A stretch of 64,000 bases of DNA from Conchiformibius steedae (GTDB lineage Bacteria > Pseudomonadota > Gammaproteobacteria > Burkholderiales > Neisseriaceae): assembly GCF_014054725.1 (NCBI RefSeq), contig NZ_CP059563.1:893749-957748 (forward strand), in the 5' to 3' direction. Position 1 is the stretch's first letter, and every line of letters begins with the position of its first letter. The notes beneath the pieces were generated by a model that was not told the origin of the DNA, searched no databases, and was given only the letters and a program-made list of their open reading frames with translations. The position numbers were made by a program, and so were the translations under genes. This document shows positions 51,708-63,863 of the stretch, one piece after another.

Positions 51708-52519
51708 TTACTATGAAAACGCATCACATCGGCGATTTGTTTGGGCGAATAATAGTACGTTAGCGCATCCAAAAATGCCAAAGTGTACTCACAAACCTGT
51801 GCGCGGTCTTTCTCATTGCGAATTTCCTTAGGCTCGGGAATATCGCTGATTTTTTCCAGCACGCCGCGCAATACAGGTTCTACATCTTTCTGTTTCGGCT
51901 GCGGTCGGTCGGGGGTGTAACTGCGTATCACTTTGGCAAATGCCTCTGCACTTGCCCGAATCTGCTGTTCAGGAATCGCAGACATTAAATCCTTATCGGG
52001 GTCCCAGCGTTTTTCGGGCGATATGGCTTGAAAACACGCTTCACTGCCCATTTTATGGCGGATTTCGGCGAGATTTTGCAGGTTTACCCGCACATATTCG
52101 GCAATTGCCGCATCGTCTGCGCCGTTTAGGTATTTGGTCAGCATCACTGTCTGGCTGCGCATAACAGCATAACGCTGTAATTTTTTTCGTGTTTCCGGTT
52201 TGCTCATACGGGGGTCGTCTTGTACCAGTGCTTTCATTTCATCACGCAATTTGTTAAATGTCAGTGGGTCTTTTTCCTTAATTGCTGCGAAAGCAGGGTT
52301 TTGTAACATAATGGTTTCAATATTGGTTTTTGATTTGCCGGATGCCATGAGCTTGGGACCTGCCAGTTTATGAAAAGTAAAGCTAAACAGGCAAAGCAGC
52401 AACAGCGTACACAAAGCCCGCAACATGGTTGATTCTTCAAACAAGGCTGTTGCTATTTTTCGTGCAACAATGGCAGAGGCTACTATCGCCAACAGGCTGA
52501 TAACTGCATCAATAATCAT
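51695..52519 (-). CDS. hypothetical membrane-anchored protein (2 N-terminal TM helices plus a helical soluble domain)
   Basis: 274-aa ORF antisense to the his genes, AT-richer than its neighbours; no recognisable domain. Confidence 0.5.
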   Translation of the reverse strand: MIIDAVISLLAIVASAIVARKIATALFEESTMLRALCTLLLLCLFSFTFHKLAGPKLMASGKSKTNIETIMLQNPAFAAIKEKDPLTFNKLRDEMKALVQDDPRMSKPETRKKLQRYAVMRSQTVMLTKYLNGADDAAIAEYVRVNLQNLAEIRHKMGSEACFQAISPEKRWDPDKDLMSAIPEQQIRASAEAFAKVIRSYTPDRPQPKQKDVEPVLRGVLEKISDIPEPKEIRNEKDRAQVCEYTLAFLDALTYYYSPKQIADVMRFHSNHAK

Positions 52520-52615
52520 GGTAAAATTCCTTTTTCTTAAACAAGATTAATAGATTTTAACACCCTTTTATACAGCCTGAAAGCTGTTTTTCCTTTAAAC
52601 AAAGAAAGTTAAATC

Positions 52616-53209
52616 ATGCGAACCGCCACCGTTTCACGCAACACCAGCGAAACCCAAATCACCGTTTCTGTTAATTTGGACGGCACGGGCAAAGCCCGTT
52701 TTGACACAGGTATTCCCTTTTTTGAACATATGCTTGACCAAATCGCCCGCCACGGCTTGATTGATTTGGACATTACTTGCAAAGGCGATTTGCATATTGA
52801 CGACCATCACAGTGTGGAAGATGTGGGCATTACTTTGGGACAGGCGTTGCGCCAAGCATGGGGCGACAAAAGCGGTATTGCCCGCTACGGTCATGCCTAT
52901 GTGCCTTTAGATGAAGCCTTGAGCCGTGTGGTGCTGGATTTGTCGGGGCGTGCGGGACTGCATTATCATGTGGACTACACCCGCGCCCGCATTGGCACAT
53001 TTGATGTGGATTTATTTGAAGAATTTTTTCACGGTTTGGTCAATCATGCCATGATGACCTTGCATATTGACAACTTGCGCGGCAAAAACGCACATCATCA
53101 GGCGGAAACCATTTTTAAAGCCTTTGGACGCGCGTTGCGGATGGCGGTGGCGCACGATGAGCGCATGGCGGGACGGATGCCGTCCACCAAAGGCACGCTG
53201 ACTGCCTAA
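52616..53209 (+). CDS. hisB: imidazoleglycerol-phosphate dehydratase
   Basis: [19 protein letters not shown] and [14 protein letters not shown] motifs. Confidence 0.95.
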   Translation: MRTATVSRNTSETQITVSVNLDGTGKARFDTGIPFFEHMLDQIARHGLIDLDITCKGDLHIDDHHSVEDVGITLGQALRQAWGDKSGIARYGHAYVPLDEALSRVVLDLSGRAGLHYHVDYTRARIGTFDVDLFEEFFHGLVNHAMMTLHIDNLRGKNAHHQAETIFKAFGRALRMAVAHDERMAGRMPSTKGTLTA

Positions 53210-53482
53210 AACGCGCCCTTTACCATGCATGCTTCAGGCAATGAAATAAAACAAGCTGCTTGTGCGTTTGAATGTAATTTATTTCGTTGTCTGATTGGGC
53301 TGTGTAGTTTAACAAGCTACCCGAATTGGGGTGAACCCGATTTTCTTGTCAAAAAATTTTATTATTTTGTAAAGATATGTCATTTTTACACGGCAGTAAG
53401 CTGGTATTAGCGACATTTTCTTGTTAGACTGTGATTACTCTGTAGTTGAACAACATTTTTGGGCAAAATAACTGCATCAGAA

Positions 53483-54887
<1,405 letters not shown>

Positions 54888-54907
54888 GCAGCGTTTGTTA
54901 AAGCCTA

Positions 54908-54948
54908 ATTAAACAATCCCCTGTTTCTGCATGGAAACAGGGGATTTG
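54908..54948. terminator. bidirectional hairpin terminator (gdhA / hemC)
   Basis: aatcccctgtttctgcatggaaacaggggatt. Confidence 0.75.
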
Positions 54949-54984
54949 GTTTTGCAGGTGCAGTTAGCTCAAAAAGTCAATGAA

Positions 54985-55923
54985 TCAGCTTTCTGACAAC
55001 ACTGCCGCTATCAATTCTGTTGCGCCGTCATCTGCCAGTTTTTTGGCAACGGCGCGACCCAGCGCATCGGCATAGGGGGCAGGGGCTTGTGCCGAAGCGT
55101 TCAGCGTGTGTGAGCCATCAGGATGCCCGACCAAACCGTGTAAAGTCAGTAAACCGTTGTCGTCGCCCGTGCAGTAAGCCGCCAACGGTACTTGACAACT
55201 ACCACCCAAAGCGCGTGCCAAAGCGCGTTCGGCGGTCACGCAAGCGGCGGTTTGTGCGTGATTTAACGGCAATAAAACTTCAATTAAATCCGTGCGGTGC
55301 GCGGCAATTTCAATGCCCAACGCGCCTTGTCCTGCTGCGGGCAAGCTGTCGGCGGGCGACAACACATTGCGGATGCGTTCCTGCAAGCCCAAGCGTTCCA
55401 AGCCCGCTGCCGCCAAAATAATGGCATCGTATTCGCCCGCATCCAGCTTCGCCAAACGGGTTTGCACATTGCCGCGCAGAGGACGCACAGTTAAATGCGG
55501 AAAACGGGCGCGTAACTGCGCTTCACGGCGCAGGCTGGACGTGCCGACTACCGCACCATCGGGCAAGGCACTTAAATCATTAAATTGATTGGAAACAAAG
55601 GCATCAAAAGGATTGGCGCGTTCGCCGATGGCAGCCAGCGCAAAACCTTCGGGCAAAACCATCGGCACATCTTTAATGGAATGCACCGCCAAATCGGCGC
55701 GACCGTCTTGCAGAGCCTGTTCCAATTCTTTAATAAACAAACCTTTACCGCCGATTTTGGACAGGGTTTTGTCTAAAATCTGGTCGCCTTGGGTGGTCAT
55801 CGGCAAAATACTGACGGCGCAATCGGGGTAAAGCATTTGCAATTGTGCCTGAACGTGCCGCGCCTGCCACATCGCAAGCGGGCTTTCGCGGCTGGCAATA
55901 ATCAGGGATTTGGGTGTTTTCAT
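54985..55923 (-). CDS. hemC: hydroxymethylbilane synthase (porphobilinogen deaminase)
   Basis: [13 protein letters not shown]...[11 protein letters not shown]. Confidence 0.95.
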   Translation of the reverse strand: MKTPKSLIIASRESPLAMWQARHVQAQLQMLYPDCAVSILPMTTQGDQILDKTLSKIGGKGLFIKELEQALQDGRADLAVHSIKDVPMVLPEGFALAAIGERANPFDAFVSNQFNDLSALPDGAVVGTSSLRREAQLRARFPHLTVRPLRGNVQTRLAKLDAGEYDAIILAAAGLERLGLQERIRNVLSPADSLPAAGQGALGIEIAAHRTDLIEVLLPLNHAQTAACVTAERALARALGGSCQVPLAAYCTGDDNGLLTLHGLVGHPDGSHTLNASAQAPAPYADALGRAVAKKLADDGATELIAAVLSES

Positions 55924-55938
55924 TATAAATTCAGTCTG

Positions 55939-56694
55939 TTAGTGCGACATAATTTGGCTTAAAAACTGCTTGGCGCGGTCGGTTTGCGGATTTTCAAAGA
56001 AACTTTTCGGGTCGGCGGATTCCAAAATCTGCCCGTGGTCAATGAAAATCACACGGTCGGCCACTTCGCGGGCAAAACCCATTTCGTGGGTGACACACAT
56101 CATGGTCATGCCGCTTTGCGCCAAATCTTTCATTACTTTCAATACTTCGCCCACCATTTCGGGGTCCAGCGCGGAAGTAGGCTCGTCAAACAGCATCACA
56201 CGCGGTTCCATCGCCAAGCCGCGGGCAATCGCCACGCGCTGCTGTTGTCCGCCTGAAAGCTGGGTGGGCAGCGCATCTTTTTTGTGTGCCAAGCCCACTT
56301 TTTCCAATAACGCCAATGCTTTGGCTTCGGCATCGGCGCGAGGTACGCCTTTTACCTTTACAGGCGACAAGACAATGTTTTCCAAAACGGTTAAATGCGG
56401 ATACAAATTAAAGTGTTGGAATACAAAACCCACTTCGGTACGGACTTTGTTTAAATCGGTTTTTGGGTCGGCAACATTGATGCCATCTACCCAAATTTCG
56501 CCTGAAGCAATGGTTTCCAGCTGGTTTACCGTGCGAATCAGCGTGGATTTACCGCTGCCCGAAGGTCCGCACACCACCACCACTTCGCCTTGGCGGATAT
56601 CCAGATTGACACCGTTAATCACATGCAGGTCTTTGAAATATTTGTGAACGTTTTTAAAGCTCACCATAATTTTGTTTTTGTCGGTTACGGTCAT
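55939..56694 (-). CDS. polar amino-acid ABC transporter ATP-binding protein (GlnQ/ArtP-like)
   Basis: [28 protein letters not shown] and [10 protein letters not shown] motifs; the start could be the internal M 9 codons in. Confidence 0.85.
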   Translation of the reverse strand: MTVTDKNKIMVSFKNVHKYFKDLHVINGVNLDIRQGEVVVVCGPSGSGKSTLIRTVNQLETIASGEIWVDGINVADPKTDLNKVRTEVGFVFQHFNLYPHLTVLENIVLSPVKVKGVPRADAEAKALALLEKVGLAHKKDALPTQLSGGQQQRVAIARGLAMEPRVMLFDEPTSALDPEMVGEVLKVMKDLAQSGMTMMCVTHEMGFAREVADRVIFIDHGQILESADPKSFFENPQTDRAKQFLSQIMSH

Positions 56695-57473
56695 TGTGCG
56701 TTTTCCTGTATCAGATAATTGCTTAATTGCACATAGTTTTGTGGTGGAATGGCTTCGGCGCGTTGTTGCGGCGAAATGCCCACGGCTTGCAAATCGTCAT
56801 CGCTTGCCAAGTGTTTTAAATTATTGCGGATGGTTTTGCGGCGTTGATGGAAGGCATCGCGTACCAAGTCGCTAAAATGTTTGAAATTTTTTGCCGTGCC
56901 AATGCGCCCTGCCAAGGGAATCATGCGTACCACTGCCGAATCCACTTTGGGCGCAGGCTCAAAAGATTCGGGGGGAACGTCCAGCAGTTTTTCCATTTCA
57001 AAAAAGTATTGCAGCATCACACCCAATCTGCCGTAATCGTTGCTTTCAGGCAGGGCAACCATGCGTTCAACCACTTCTTTTTGCAGCATAAAGTGCATAT
57101 CGACAATATCATCGGCGTAGTCGCTTAATTTAAACAGCAGCGGCGTGGAAATATTGTAGGGCAGGTTGCCGACAATTTTCTTTTTGCCGGCAATGCTGTT
57201 GAAATCAAACTGCAAAACATCGCCTGCGTGAATGTGTAATTTGTTGGCAAAAGCTTGTTTTTGCAGATGGGCGATGATGTCGCGGTCTATCTCGCAAACG
57301 TGCAGGGCGTTCAGTTGTCGGCACAACGGTTCGGTAATCGCGCCCAATCCGGGTCCGATTTCAATCACAATATCATCGGCATTCGGGCGAACGGCGCGGA
57401 CGATGTCGCCGATAATGCGGGTGTCGTGCAGGAAGTTTTGCCCGAAGCGTTTGCGGGCGCGGTGCGGGGTCAT
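56691..57473 (-). CDS. rsmA: 16S rRNA (adenine1518/1519-N6)-dimethyltransferase
   Basis: [10 protein letters not shown] and [10 protein letters not shown] motifs; start set at [15 protein letters not shown]. Confidence 0.9.
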   Translation of the reverse strand: MTPHRARKRFGQNFLHDTRIIGDIVRAVRPNADDIVIEIGPGLGAITEPLCRQLNALHVCEIDRDIIAHLQKQAFANKLHIHAGDVLQFDFNSIAGKKKIVGNLPYNISTPLLFKLSDYADDIVDMHFMLQKEVVERMVALPESNDYGRLGVMLQYFFEMEKLLDVPPESFEPAPKVDSAVVRMIPLAGRIGTAKNFKHFSDLVRDAFHQRRKTIRNNLKHLASDDDLQAVGISPQQRAEAIPPQNYVQLSNYLIQENAQ

Positions 57474-57507
57474 GGCGGTGGAAAAACGGGTAAAGGGGCG
57501 TATTGTA

Positions 57508-58083
57508 TCAGTTTTCGGCGGGGGTTTCGGCTTCGGCTTCGGGTGCGGCGGCAAGAAATTGGGAAAACGCCCATAAATCGTCAAAAATTAAGGTGTTTTC
57601 AGGTAATCTGTCGGCGTGTTCGGCAAGGGTTTTTTCGCCTTTCCCTGTTTTAACCAACACGGATTTTCCGCCTGCTGCTGCCATTGCCTGCAAATCGCGC
57701 AAGCTGTCGCCCACCAAATAGGTTTCGGCGGCATCGGCTTGAAAACGCTCTAAAATATCCAAGACCATACCTGGTTTGGGCTTGCGGCAGGTGCAGCCGT
57801 GGTCGGGCAAGTGCGGACAAAACCAAATACCGCTGATTTCGCCACCTGCCTGATGAACCAGTTTGTGCATTTTGGCGTGCATTTCGCTTAAGCTTTGTAC
57901 CGTAATCAGTTTGCGCCCGATGCCCGATTGGTTGGTGGCAACGGCAATGGTGTAGCCAGCTTGGGTTAAAAAGGCGATGGCGTCCATGCTGCCGTCTATT
58001 GGCTGCCATTCGTCGGCAGATTTCACAAAGTCGTCGCGGTCGTGGTTTATCACGCCGTCGCGGTCGAGGATAATCAGTTTCAT
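57508..58083 (-). CDS. gmhB: D-glycero-beta-D-manno-heptose-1,7-bisphosphate 7-phosphatase
   Basis: HAD motif [11 protein letters not shown]; start set at MKLIIL. Confidence 0.85.
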   Translation of the reverse strand: MKLIILDRDGVINHDRDDFVKSADEWQPIDGSMDAIAFLTQAGYTIAVATNQSGIGRKLITVQSLSEMHAKMHKLVHQAGGEISGIWFCPHLPDHGCTCRKPKPGMVLDILERFQADAAETYLVGDSLRDLQAMAAAGGKSVLVKTGKGEKTLAEHADRLPENTLIFDDLWAFSQFLAAAPEAEAETPAEN

Positions 58084-59111
58084 GCGGGGGCTTTCGGAAT
58101 CAGACGGATTTTGCGTAATAAATATTGCAGGTAATAACGGATGGCTTCTGATTGACGGTTTTTCTGCCATAAGTATTTGGCGTAATGGCGGTATTCAGAA
58201 GTATTCCGTAAATACGGCGGTTGTGGGTAGGCGGTGTCGCGCCACGGGCTGCGTAGGGCATATTGGGCATAAGTAGGGGTTTTTTCAGGGATAATCTGCC
58301 AAGGTTTGGGGCTGCCGGCAAAATGGACGATACGGGCGGGGTGTTCCGATAAATCATCGGGCCAATCGGTGTCTTTGGGATAGCAGTTGTAACGTTTGGG
58401 AATCAGGCAGACATCGTTTTGAAAAAAGATATTAAGCATATCTTGGTCGGCAAAAGTTAAAACATGGGCATTCAAACGTGAAACGGTTTCGGCTAGGGCA
58501 GAATCGGTTTGGCGGCTGTGCCATTTTTTGATATCAATGAGCAGTACGCCCGAATTAAAATAAATGCTCTGCGGCTGAAAACCCAATGTTTGCAAATAGC
58601 TGTCGTGGTATTGTCCCGACAGGGTTTTGAGTTCTAATATGCAATCGGCTGCCGCGCCAATGGTGCAACCGCGCAAATCCATATCAAGCAAGGGGGAAAG
58701 GTCGCCCAAACACAGGGTATCAGCATCTAAATACAAAACCCTATCCACGCCTTGCTGCGATAAGATGGCGGGCATAACCAAACGGTAGTAAGCCACAGCA
58801 GGCAGGGTGTGTGTTTGTAAACCGGAAAATGCGGCATCGTTTAAATAATAGGTGCTGATGCAAAAATTGTCTTTAACCGTGCGTAATTGTCGGAAGCGTT
58901 CGGCTTCGGCATCAGGCATATCGCCGGTAAACAGGTGGAAATGCAGCGGAATATCGGGGTGGTTTTCCAAAATGGAAAAAATGGCAATGCCGACATAGCG
59001 TAAATAGGCGGGGTTGGCGGCAAAGGCGATATGGTACGCTGTTCCTGTCAGAAGGGTGTGAATCAGTTGCTCGGAACGCAGCAGTAAGTTTTGTTGGGCG
59101 AACATGGTCAT
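58080..59111 (-). CDS. family-8 glycosyltransferase (LOS glycosyltransferase, LgtC/RfaJ-like)
   Basis: GT8 motifs YLDADTL and the HF.G..KPW C-terminal motif. Confidence 0.75.
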   Translation of the reverse strand: MTMFAQQNLLLRSEQLIHTLLTGTAYHIAFAANPAYLRYVGIAIFSILENHPDIPLHFHLFTGDMPDAEAERFRQLRTVKDNFCISTYYLNDAAFSGLQTHTLPAVAYYRLVMPAILSQQGVDRVLYLDADTLCLGDLSPLLDMDLRGCTIGAAADCILELKTLSGQYHDSYLQTLGFQPQSIYFNSGVLLIDIKKWHSRQTDSALAETVSRLNAHVLTFADQDMLNIFFQNDVCLIPKRYNCYPKDTDWPDDLSEHPARIVHFAGSPKPWQIIPEKTPTYAQYALRSPWRDTAYPQPPYLRNTSEYRHYAKYLWQKNRQSEAIRYYLQYLLRKIRLIPKAPA

Positions 59112-59118
59112 CACTTTA

Positions 59119-60192
59119 TTAGGGAAGTTGTGCAATGTGTTCGGCGATTTGTGCATTCAACCACTGCGAGGCTGTATCCAGCGGAAAATGGCGGGTGCTT
59201 TTGGATATTTCGCCCGTATCGGCAAAAATAATCTGGTAGGGAACGCCTGTGTTGGGTCGGGGTTGCCAAAGAGCGATGTTGTCGGGCAAATTGGCATAAA
59301 AAGCCAACAACGGTCGGGAAAAAGCACACGCCAAATGCACACTGCCGCTATCCACACACACGGCAATATCGGCAGCAGCAACCAAGCCCGTATATTCGCG
59401 CACATTGGTGGGCGGGGCGAGTGTCAAACGGATATCGGCACGGCAGCGGGCGCGAAGATAGCGCAGATAGGTTTCGGAAAAACGGGCGCGGCAAAGCAGA
59501 AACTCGGTACGCGCAGCATCGGCAGCGGGAATGCGGTTCAGCAGTTCGGCAAGTTCGGCGGTGGGAATGCGGCGTTTGTGGTAACTGCCCTGCGGTGCGA
59601 GCAACACGCGCACTGTATCGGGTTGCCATGCTTGGCGTGCCGCTGCAATTTCATTTTCGGGCAATGCCAGTTCAAATTTTGCCTGCGGTAATTCGCGCCC
59701 GCGTGCCAGCACCGAATGTATCAAACGGTCTGCCATGTGGCAGTTCGGCGGCGGCGGACAGTGAAAATCGTAATTTTTAACGTTTTCAACAGTATAGTAT
59801 TTTTTGTCGCGCTTATGAAAAATAATGCTGATTTCGGGCGCAAGCAGCGCATCTAAAGCAATATTAATGCTGTAAAACGATTCGTAAAAATCCAACAGCA
59901 CCTGCCATTTTTTGCGTTGATGAAAATAACTGGCACGGGTGTCGTCAATCAGTTCGTCAAAATGCGGGCAAAGTGCCAAAACATCACGGTTGCGCGGGGT
60001 TACAAAAATCCCCAGCCTGCAATGCGGGTAAGCGTGTTTGATTTGGGCAGCATAGGCGCAGTTGGCAACGGCATCGCCCACAGCATCGCCCACAGGACGG
60101 ATTAATACCGATTGCAGACGGGAAAAGTCAAAATCGGTACGCGGCGTTTTGTTGGCAAACAGGCGGGTCAGGATTTTTTTGGACAGGTACAT
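59119..60192 (-). CDS. family-9 glycosyltransferase (heptosyltransferase-like)
   Basis: GT9 fold with a IRPVGDAVGDAVAN N-terminus and a C-terminal VCVDSGSVHLACA motif. Confidence 0.7.
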   Translation of the reverse strand: MYLSKKILTRLFANKTPRTDFDFSRLQSVLIRPVGDAVGDAVANCAYAAQIKHAYPHCRLGIFVTPRNRDVLALCPHFDELIDDTRASYFHQRKKWQVLLDFYESFYSINIALDALLAPEISIIFHKRDKKYYTVENVKNYDFHCPPPPNCHMADRLIHSVLARGRELPQAKFELALPENEIAAARQAWQPDTVRVLLAPQGSYHKRRIPTAELAELLNRIPAADAARTEFLLCRARFSETYLRYLRARCRADIRLTLAPPTNVREYTGLVAAADIAVCVDSGSVHLACAFSRPLLAFYANLPDNIALWQPRPNTGVPYQIIFADTGEISKSTRHFPLDTASQWLNAQIAEHIAQLP

Positions 60193-60207
60193 GGTTGCAG
60201 CCGTGGA

Positions 60208-60645
60208 TTAATAATGTTTGAGCGTTTTGCGCCAGTTGTCAAAAGCGGCTTGAAACACGGGATTAAGTACGCGCTGGTGTAAGGGAATATCTGCCACGCG
60301 GTAAAATCCATCTTCGTCTTCCAAGCCTAGAGCGGTAAAGTAGTCACTTAAAAAATGCCCGTAACCTTCGTCTTCATCAGCGTAATAATATTGGGTAAAA
60401 CGGTTGCCTAAATCATTGAAGCAGGTGGTGTCAATGCCGCCGTGAAGCTGGCTTAAGACAAAAGTTGCGCCTGAAATTTTGCCTTGCAGCATCATGTTGA
60501 AAGTAGGTAGTTCGGCGGCTTCGGGGCTGTGCAGGTTTTGGGAAGCTGCCCATGCGAAATAATAGCCGATATGGTGGGCGGCGTGTTTGGGTGGTACGCC
60601 CACGGGCAGGGCGGCAAAGTGGAAGCTGATGTGGTCGTAATGCAT
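60208..60645 (-). CDS. hypothetical protein embedded in the glycosyltransferase locus
   Basis: 145-aa ORF with good coding appearance; no recognisable motif. Confidence 0.45.
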   Translation of the reverse strand: MHYDHISFHFAALPVGVPPKHAAHHIGYYFAWAASQNLHSPEAAELPTFNMMLQGKISGATFVLSQLHGGIDTTCFNDLGNRFTQYYYADEDEGYGHFLSDYFTALGLEDEDGFYRVADIPLHQRVLNPVFQAAFDNWRKTLKHY

Positions 60646-60654
60646 AACGGTATT

Positions 60655-61725
60655 TTATTCGGAAAAAAGGTTGGTTAAGTGTCGGCTGATGTGTTCGGGG
60701 CTGACTTCGTTAATATGGTGGCGGTAAAACAACACTTGTGCGCCAGGCGACTGGGGTTGCCAGTTGGCGAAATTTTGTGGGTCTTCGCGGTAAAACGCCA
60801 AAACGGGTTTATGAAAGGCATCGGCAATATGCACGGTGGCGGTGTCGGGGCTGATCAGGCTGTGCGCCAAACGGATGATTTCAATGGTTTGGCTGATGCG
60901 GGTGGCGGGAAAACACACGATTTGCGGCGAATGCGCGGCAGCAAGCTGGATTAGCTTGTCGTTGAAAGCGGGTGCGCCCAGCAGCACAAAACGCCGTTGT
61001 GGAAAATCGTGGGCAAGCTGTTTAAGAATATCATTAATTTGACTGTTGCCGAAACAGCGGCTGCGCGATGCGCCGAAAAAATTAACGGCGGTATAGTGAT
61101 TGCTTACTAATTGATTTTCTTGTAAAAAAGCATCGGCGGTTTGCTGGGCTTCGGTATCGGCAGGCAAATCGGCGAGGGTATCAATGTCTGTAATGCCTAA
61201 TAACTCAAGGGCTTGGCGGTACACTTGGGCAAAATGCAGCTGTGTGTTGTTGATGCTGCGGGCAAACAGGCGGTAATCGGCTTTTAAATAACCAATGCTG
61301 AACGGCGCAGCCAGCAGGCGCAGCAGCAGCAAATCGCGGTTACGCAGCAAAACAGTGGGGTCTATTAGGGCATCGTATTGTTTACGCAGCTGAAAACCGA
61401 TGCGTAAATAGTCGCGCAGGTGTTTGGGACGGACAAAATAAATGTCGTCAATATGGGGGTTGTGCTCAAAAAAGAATTGGTTGTTGTGGTTGCACAGCAC
61501 GCCGATGCGGATGTCGGGGCGGGTGCGTTTGATTTCGCGGTAGGCAAAAGAGCTGACAATGCAGTCGCCGATTTTACCGTCTTGGCGCAAAAACAACACG
61601 GAACGGATATGGTCGGGAATGGAGGTGGTGCAAGGGCGGTCAAGCAGGCGTTTGCCCCAGCGCAGGCGCAGACCTTGCAGCTTGGCTTTGAATGATTTAA
61701 ACAACAGTTTGGCGCGTGGGGGCAT
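60655..61725 (-). CDS. family-9 glycosyltransferase (heptosyltransferase-like)
   Basis: GT9 fold; C-terminal ISPDTATVHIADAF motif. Confidence 0.7.
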   Translation of the reverse strand: MPPRAKLLFKSFKAKLQGLRLRWGKRLLDRPCTTSIPDHIRSVLFLRQDGKIGDCIVSSFAYREIKRTRPDIRIGVLCNHNNQFFFEHNPHIDDIYFVRPKHLRDYLRIGFQLRKQYDALIDPTVLLRNRDLLLLRLLAAPFSIGYLKADYRLFARSINNTQLHFAQVYRQALELLGITDIDTLADLPADTEAQQTADAFLQENQLVSNHYTAVNFFGASRSRCFGNSQINDILKQLAHDFPQRRFVLLGAPAFNDKLIQLAAAHSPQIVCFPATRISQTIEIIRLAHSLISPDTATVHIADAFHKPVLAFYREDPQNFANWQPQSPGAQVLFYRHHINEVSPEHISRHLTNLFSE

Positions 61726-61750
61726 GGTGGGGACAGACTGAAAATTCAGA

Positions 61751-62686
61751 TTATAGCGTGTCTGCTGCCGATGCTTCAAAAAACTTCAAAACGGTGTCGG
61801 GCAGCCAGCGCAAATGTCCGCGTCCGCCTGCGGAAACAAAACCGCAATGTCCGCCGTGTTCGGGTTGCAGCAGTTGCACGCTGGCGGAAACCTGATGCGG
61901 CTGTGGTAAAAAGGGCGGGGGTAAAAAGGGGTCGTTTTGGGCGTTGATGATGAGGGTGGGACGGGTAATGTTTATCAGGTGGGGCAAGGCAGCGGCGCGG
62001 GCGTAGTAGTCGTGTTCGCTGGCAAAACCGTGAATAGGGGCGGTGTAAGCGCGGTCAAACGCACCCAGCGACAGGCAGCGTTGCGGCGGCTGCGGGACTT
62101 TTTTAAGTAGGGTATGCAAAAAATAAGGGGTGTACAGTAGCCACGCCAAACCGCGTTCCAAAGCGGCGGCGGCGTTGGGCAAATCCAAAGGGGCAGACAC
62201 CACGGCAGCGGCATCAAGCAAGGCATTATCGCCTTGTTCGCCCAAGTATTTTGCCAAGGCGTTGCCGCCTAAAGACACACCTACAACATACAATTTGCGG
62301 TAACGGCGGCGCAAAACGGCGAGCATGTGCGCCACTTCGCGGGTGTCGCCGCTGTGGTAGGTGCGCCGTGCATCCACACCGCCGCAGCTGCGGAAATGGG
62401 CGACCACGCCATGCCAACCGTGTGCGGCAACGGCATGCATCAGGGCAGTGGCGTAATGGCTGCGGCTGCTGCCTTCCAAGCCGTGCAACAGCACCACGGC
62501 GGGCGCATCGGGCTGCGGCGCATCAACAAAATCATAAGCGGCGAGGTCTTCGCCATAGCTGTCGGCAATCAGTTCGCGGCGGTAGGCAGGCGGCGGCGCT
62601 TGCAGGGTTTTGGCGTACAGGGTTTGGGCATGACCGTTGGTCAGCCAGCTGGGGGGAATCAGTGGTGCGGGGGTAAAATGGGGCAT
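61751..62686 (-). CDS. alpha/beta-fold hydrolase (YheT-like)
   Basis: VVLLHGLEGSS and a GVSLGGN nucleophile elbow. Confidence 0.75.
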   Translation of the reverse strand: MPHFTPAPLIPPSWLTNGHAQTLYAKTLQAPPPAYRRELIADSYGEDLAAYDFVDAPQPDAPAVVLLHGLEGSSRSHYATALMHAVAAHGWHGVVAHFRSCGGVDARRTYHSGDTREVAHMLAVLRRRYRKLYVVGVSLGGNALAKYLGEQGDNALLDAAAVVSAPLDLPNAAAALERGLAWLLYTPYFLHTLLKKVPQPPQRCLSLGAFDRAYTAPIHGFASEHDYYARAAALPHLINITRPTLIINAQNDPFLPPPFLPQPHQVSASVQLLQPEHGGHCGFVSAGGRGHLRWLPDTVLKFFEASAADTL

Positions 62687-62761
62687 GGCAAGGATATAAA
62701 ATCAGATAAAATAAAGAAAAATCGGACAGCCGACAGACTGTCCGAATAATCATTTTGTATT

Positions 62762-63232
62762 TTAATGCAATTTTTCCTGATGCGCCATAATGCGTTCCCA
62801 TTCCAAACGGTAGCTTTGCAGCTCGTCAAATTCGGGGAAGTTGTCGCGCCCCGAAAATGCCATTTCGTCTAATAAATCGCCCAGTAATTCAACGGGTTCA
62901 ATTTCTGTGCCGTAAAGCTGCGGGTCAAAGGCAATGCCTGCCAGCACTTGGTCTTGGTCCATATCAATCAGAATATCATACATAAAATCGATTAGCCCGA
63001 TGGATACGGTGCGGTAGTCTGCCCATTCTTCCTGACGGCATTCGTTGGCGGCGGCGGCGTTGTGCCAAAAACAATACACGGTTTCAGGCTCGCCAAAACG
63101 GTTTTCATACACTTCTGACGGGCATTCGGCGAAATAGTCTTCGCCATCTTGTAGGGTGTAAACGGTGCCGGTGGCGACAACGGTGCGGATAAAATCGCTA
63201 TAGGCGGGGTCTTGATTCGGGTAGTTCATCAT
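62762..63232 (-). CDS. DUF2750-like acidic protein
   Basis: 156 aa, acidic; VYCFWHNAAAA motif. Confidence 0.4.
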   Translation of the reverse strand: MMNYPNQDPAYSDFIRTVVATGTVYTLQDGEDYFAECPSEVYENRFGEPETVYCFWHNAAAANECRQEEWADYRTVSIGLIDFMYDILIDMDQDQVLAGIAFDPQLYGTEIEPVELLGDLLDEMAFSGRDNFPEFDELQSYRLEWERIMAHQEKLH

Positions 63233-63243
63233 GGTTTTGCTTA

Positions 63244-63759
63244 TTATTCAGGGGTATCTGCGGATTCTGCTTCGGGTGGGGTGTCCATGGCGGCTTTGAG
63301 TGCCTGATAGAGGGCGCGGTAGTGCTTGGGCGGTTTTTGTTGGGCTTGTTCTTTGCGGGCGTTGCGGATAAGGGTGCGCAGTTGTCCGACATCGGCATCG
63401 GGGTACTGGGCGATAAAGCCGGTAAGGGCGTCGTCGCTGTCTAATAATCGGGTGCGCGCCTGTTCCACGCGCTGCAAAAAGGCGTTGTGGGCTTGGTGGT
63501 CGCCTTTGAGTTTGGCTAAAAAATCTTGAATGGGGGCGGGGTCGGTATCGCGCATCAAACGCCCGATATACTGTGCCTGACGTTTTAATGCGCCGTTGGC
63601 GGTGATGTTGCGGTAGTCGCGCACGGCTTGATACAGCTCTTCGGGCAGTCCGATTTTTTTGAGGGTGGAATCGGACAGGCGCGTGAGTTCCATGCCCAGC
63701 TGCTGCAGGTGGTGCATGTGTTTTTTAACGGCGGTTTTGCTGGGGGCTTGTTCGTTCAT
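63244..63759 (-). CDS. yjgA: ribosome-associated protein YjgA/DarP (DUF615)
   Basis: C-terminal LRTLIRNARKEQAQQKPPK matches the E. coli YjgA LRTLIRNAKKEKEGNKPPK. Confidence 0.8.
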   Translation of the reverse strand: MNEQAPSKTAVKKHMHHLQQLGMELTRLSDSTLKKIGLPEELYQAVRDYRNITANGALKRQAQYIGRLMRDTDPAPIQDFLAKLKGDHQAHNAFLQRVEQARTRLLDSDDALTGFIAQYPDADVGQLRTLIRNARKEQAQQKPPKHYRALYQALKAAMDTPPEAESADTPE

Positions 63760-63863
63760 GGCGGTACGGCGGTGGGAAAAAACGGGGTATTGTAGCAAAT
63801 CGGGCTGGGTGGTGAAGCAGTATGGGTATATAGGGAAAATTAATTTGTTTTTAATGCAAAAAT

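Noticed and set aside
58080-61779. Homopolymeric or short-repeat phase-variation tracts in the LOS glycosyltransferase genes, and CRISPR arrays anywhere in the window
   Set aside because: No G/C run longer than ~5 and no tetranucleotide arrays were seen in the GT8/GT9 genes. No CRISPR-like regularly spaced direct repeats were found in the window.
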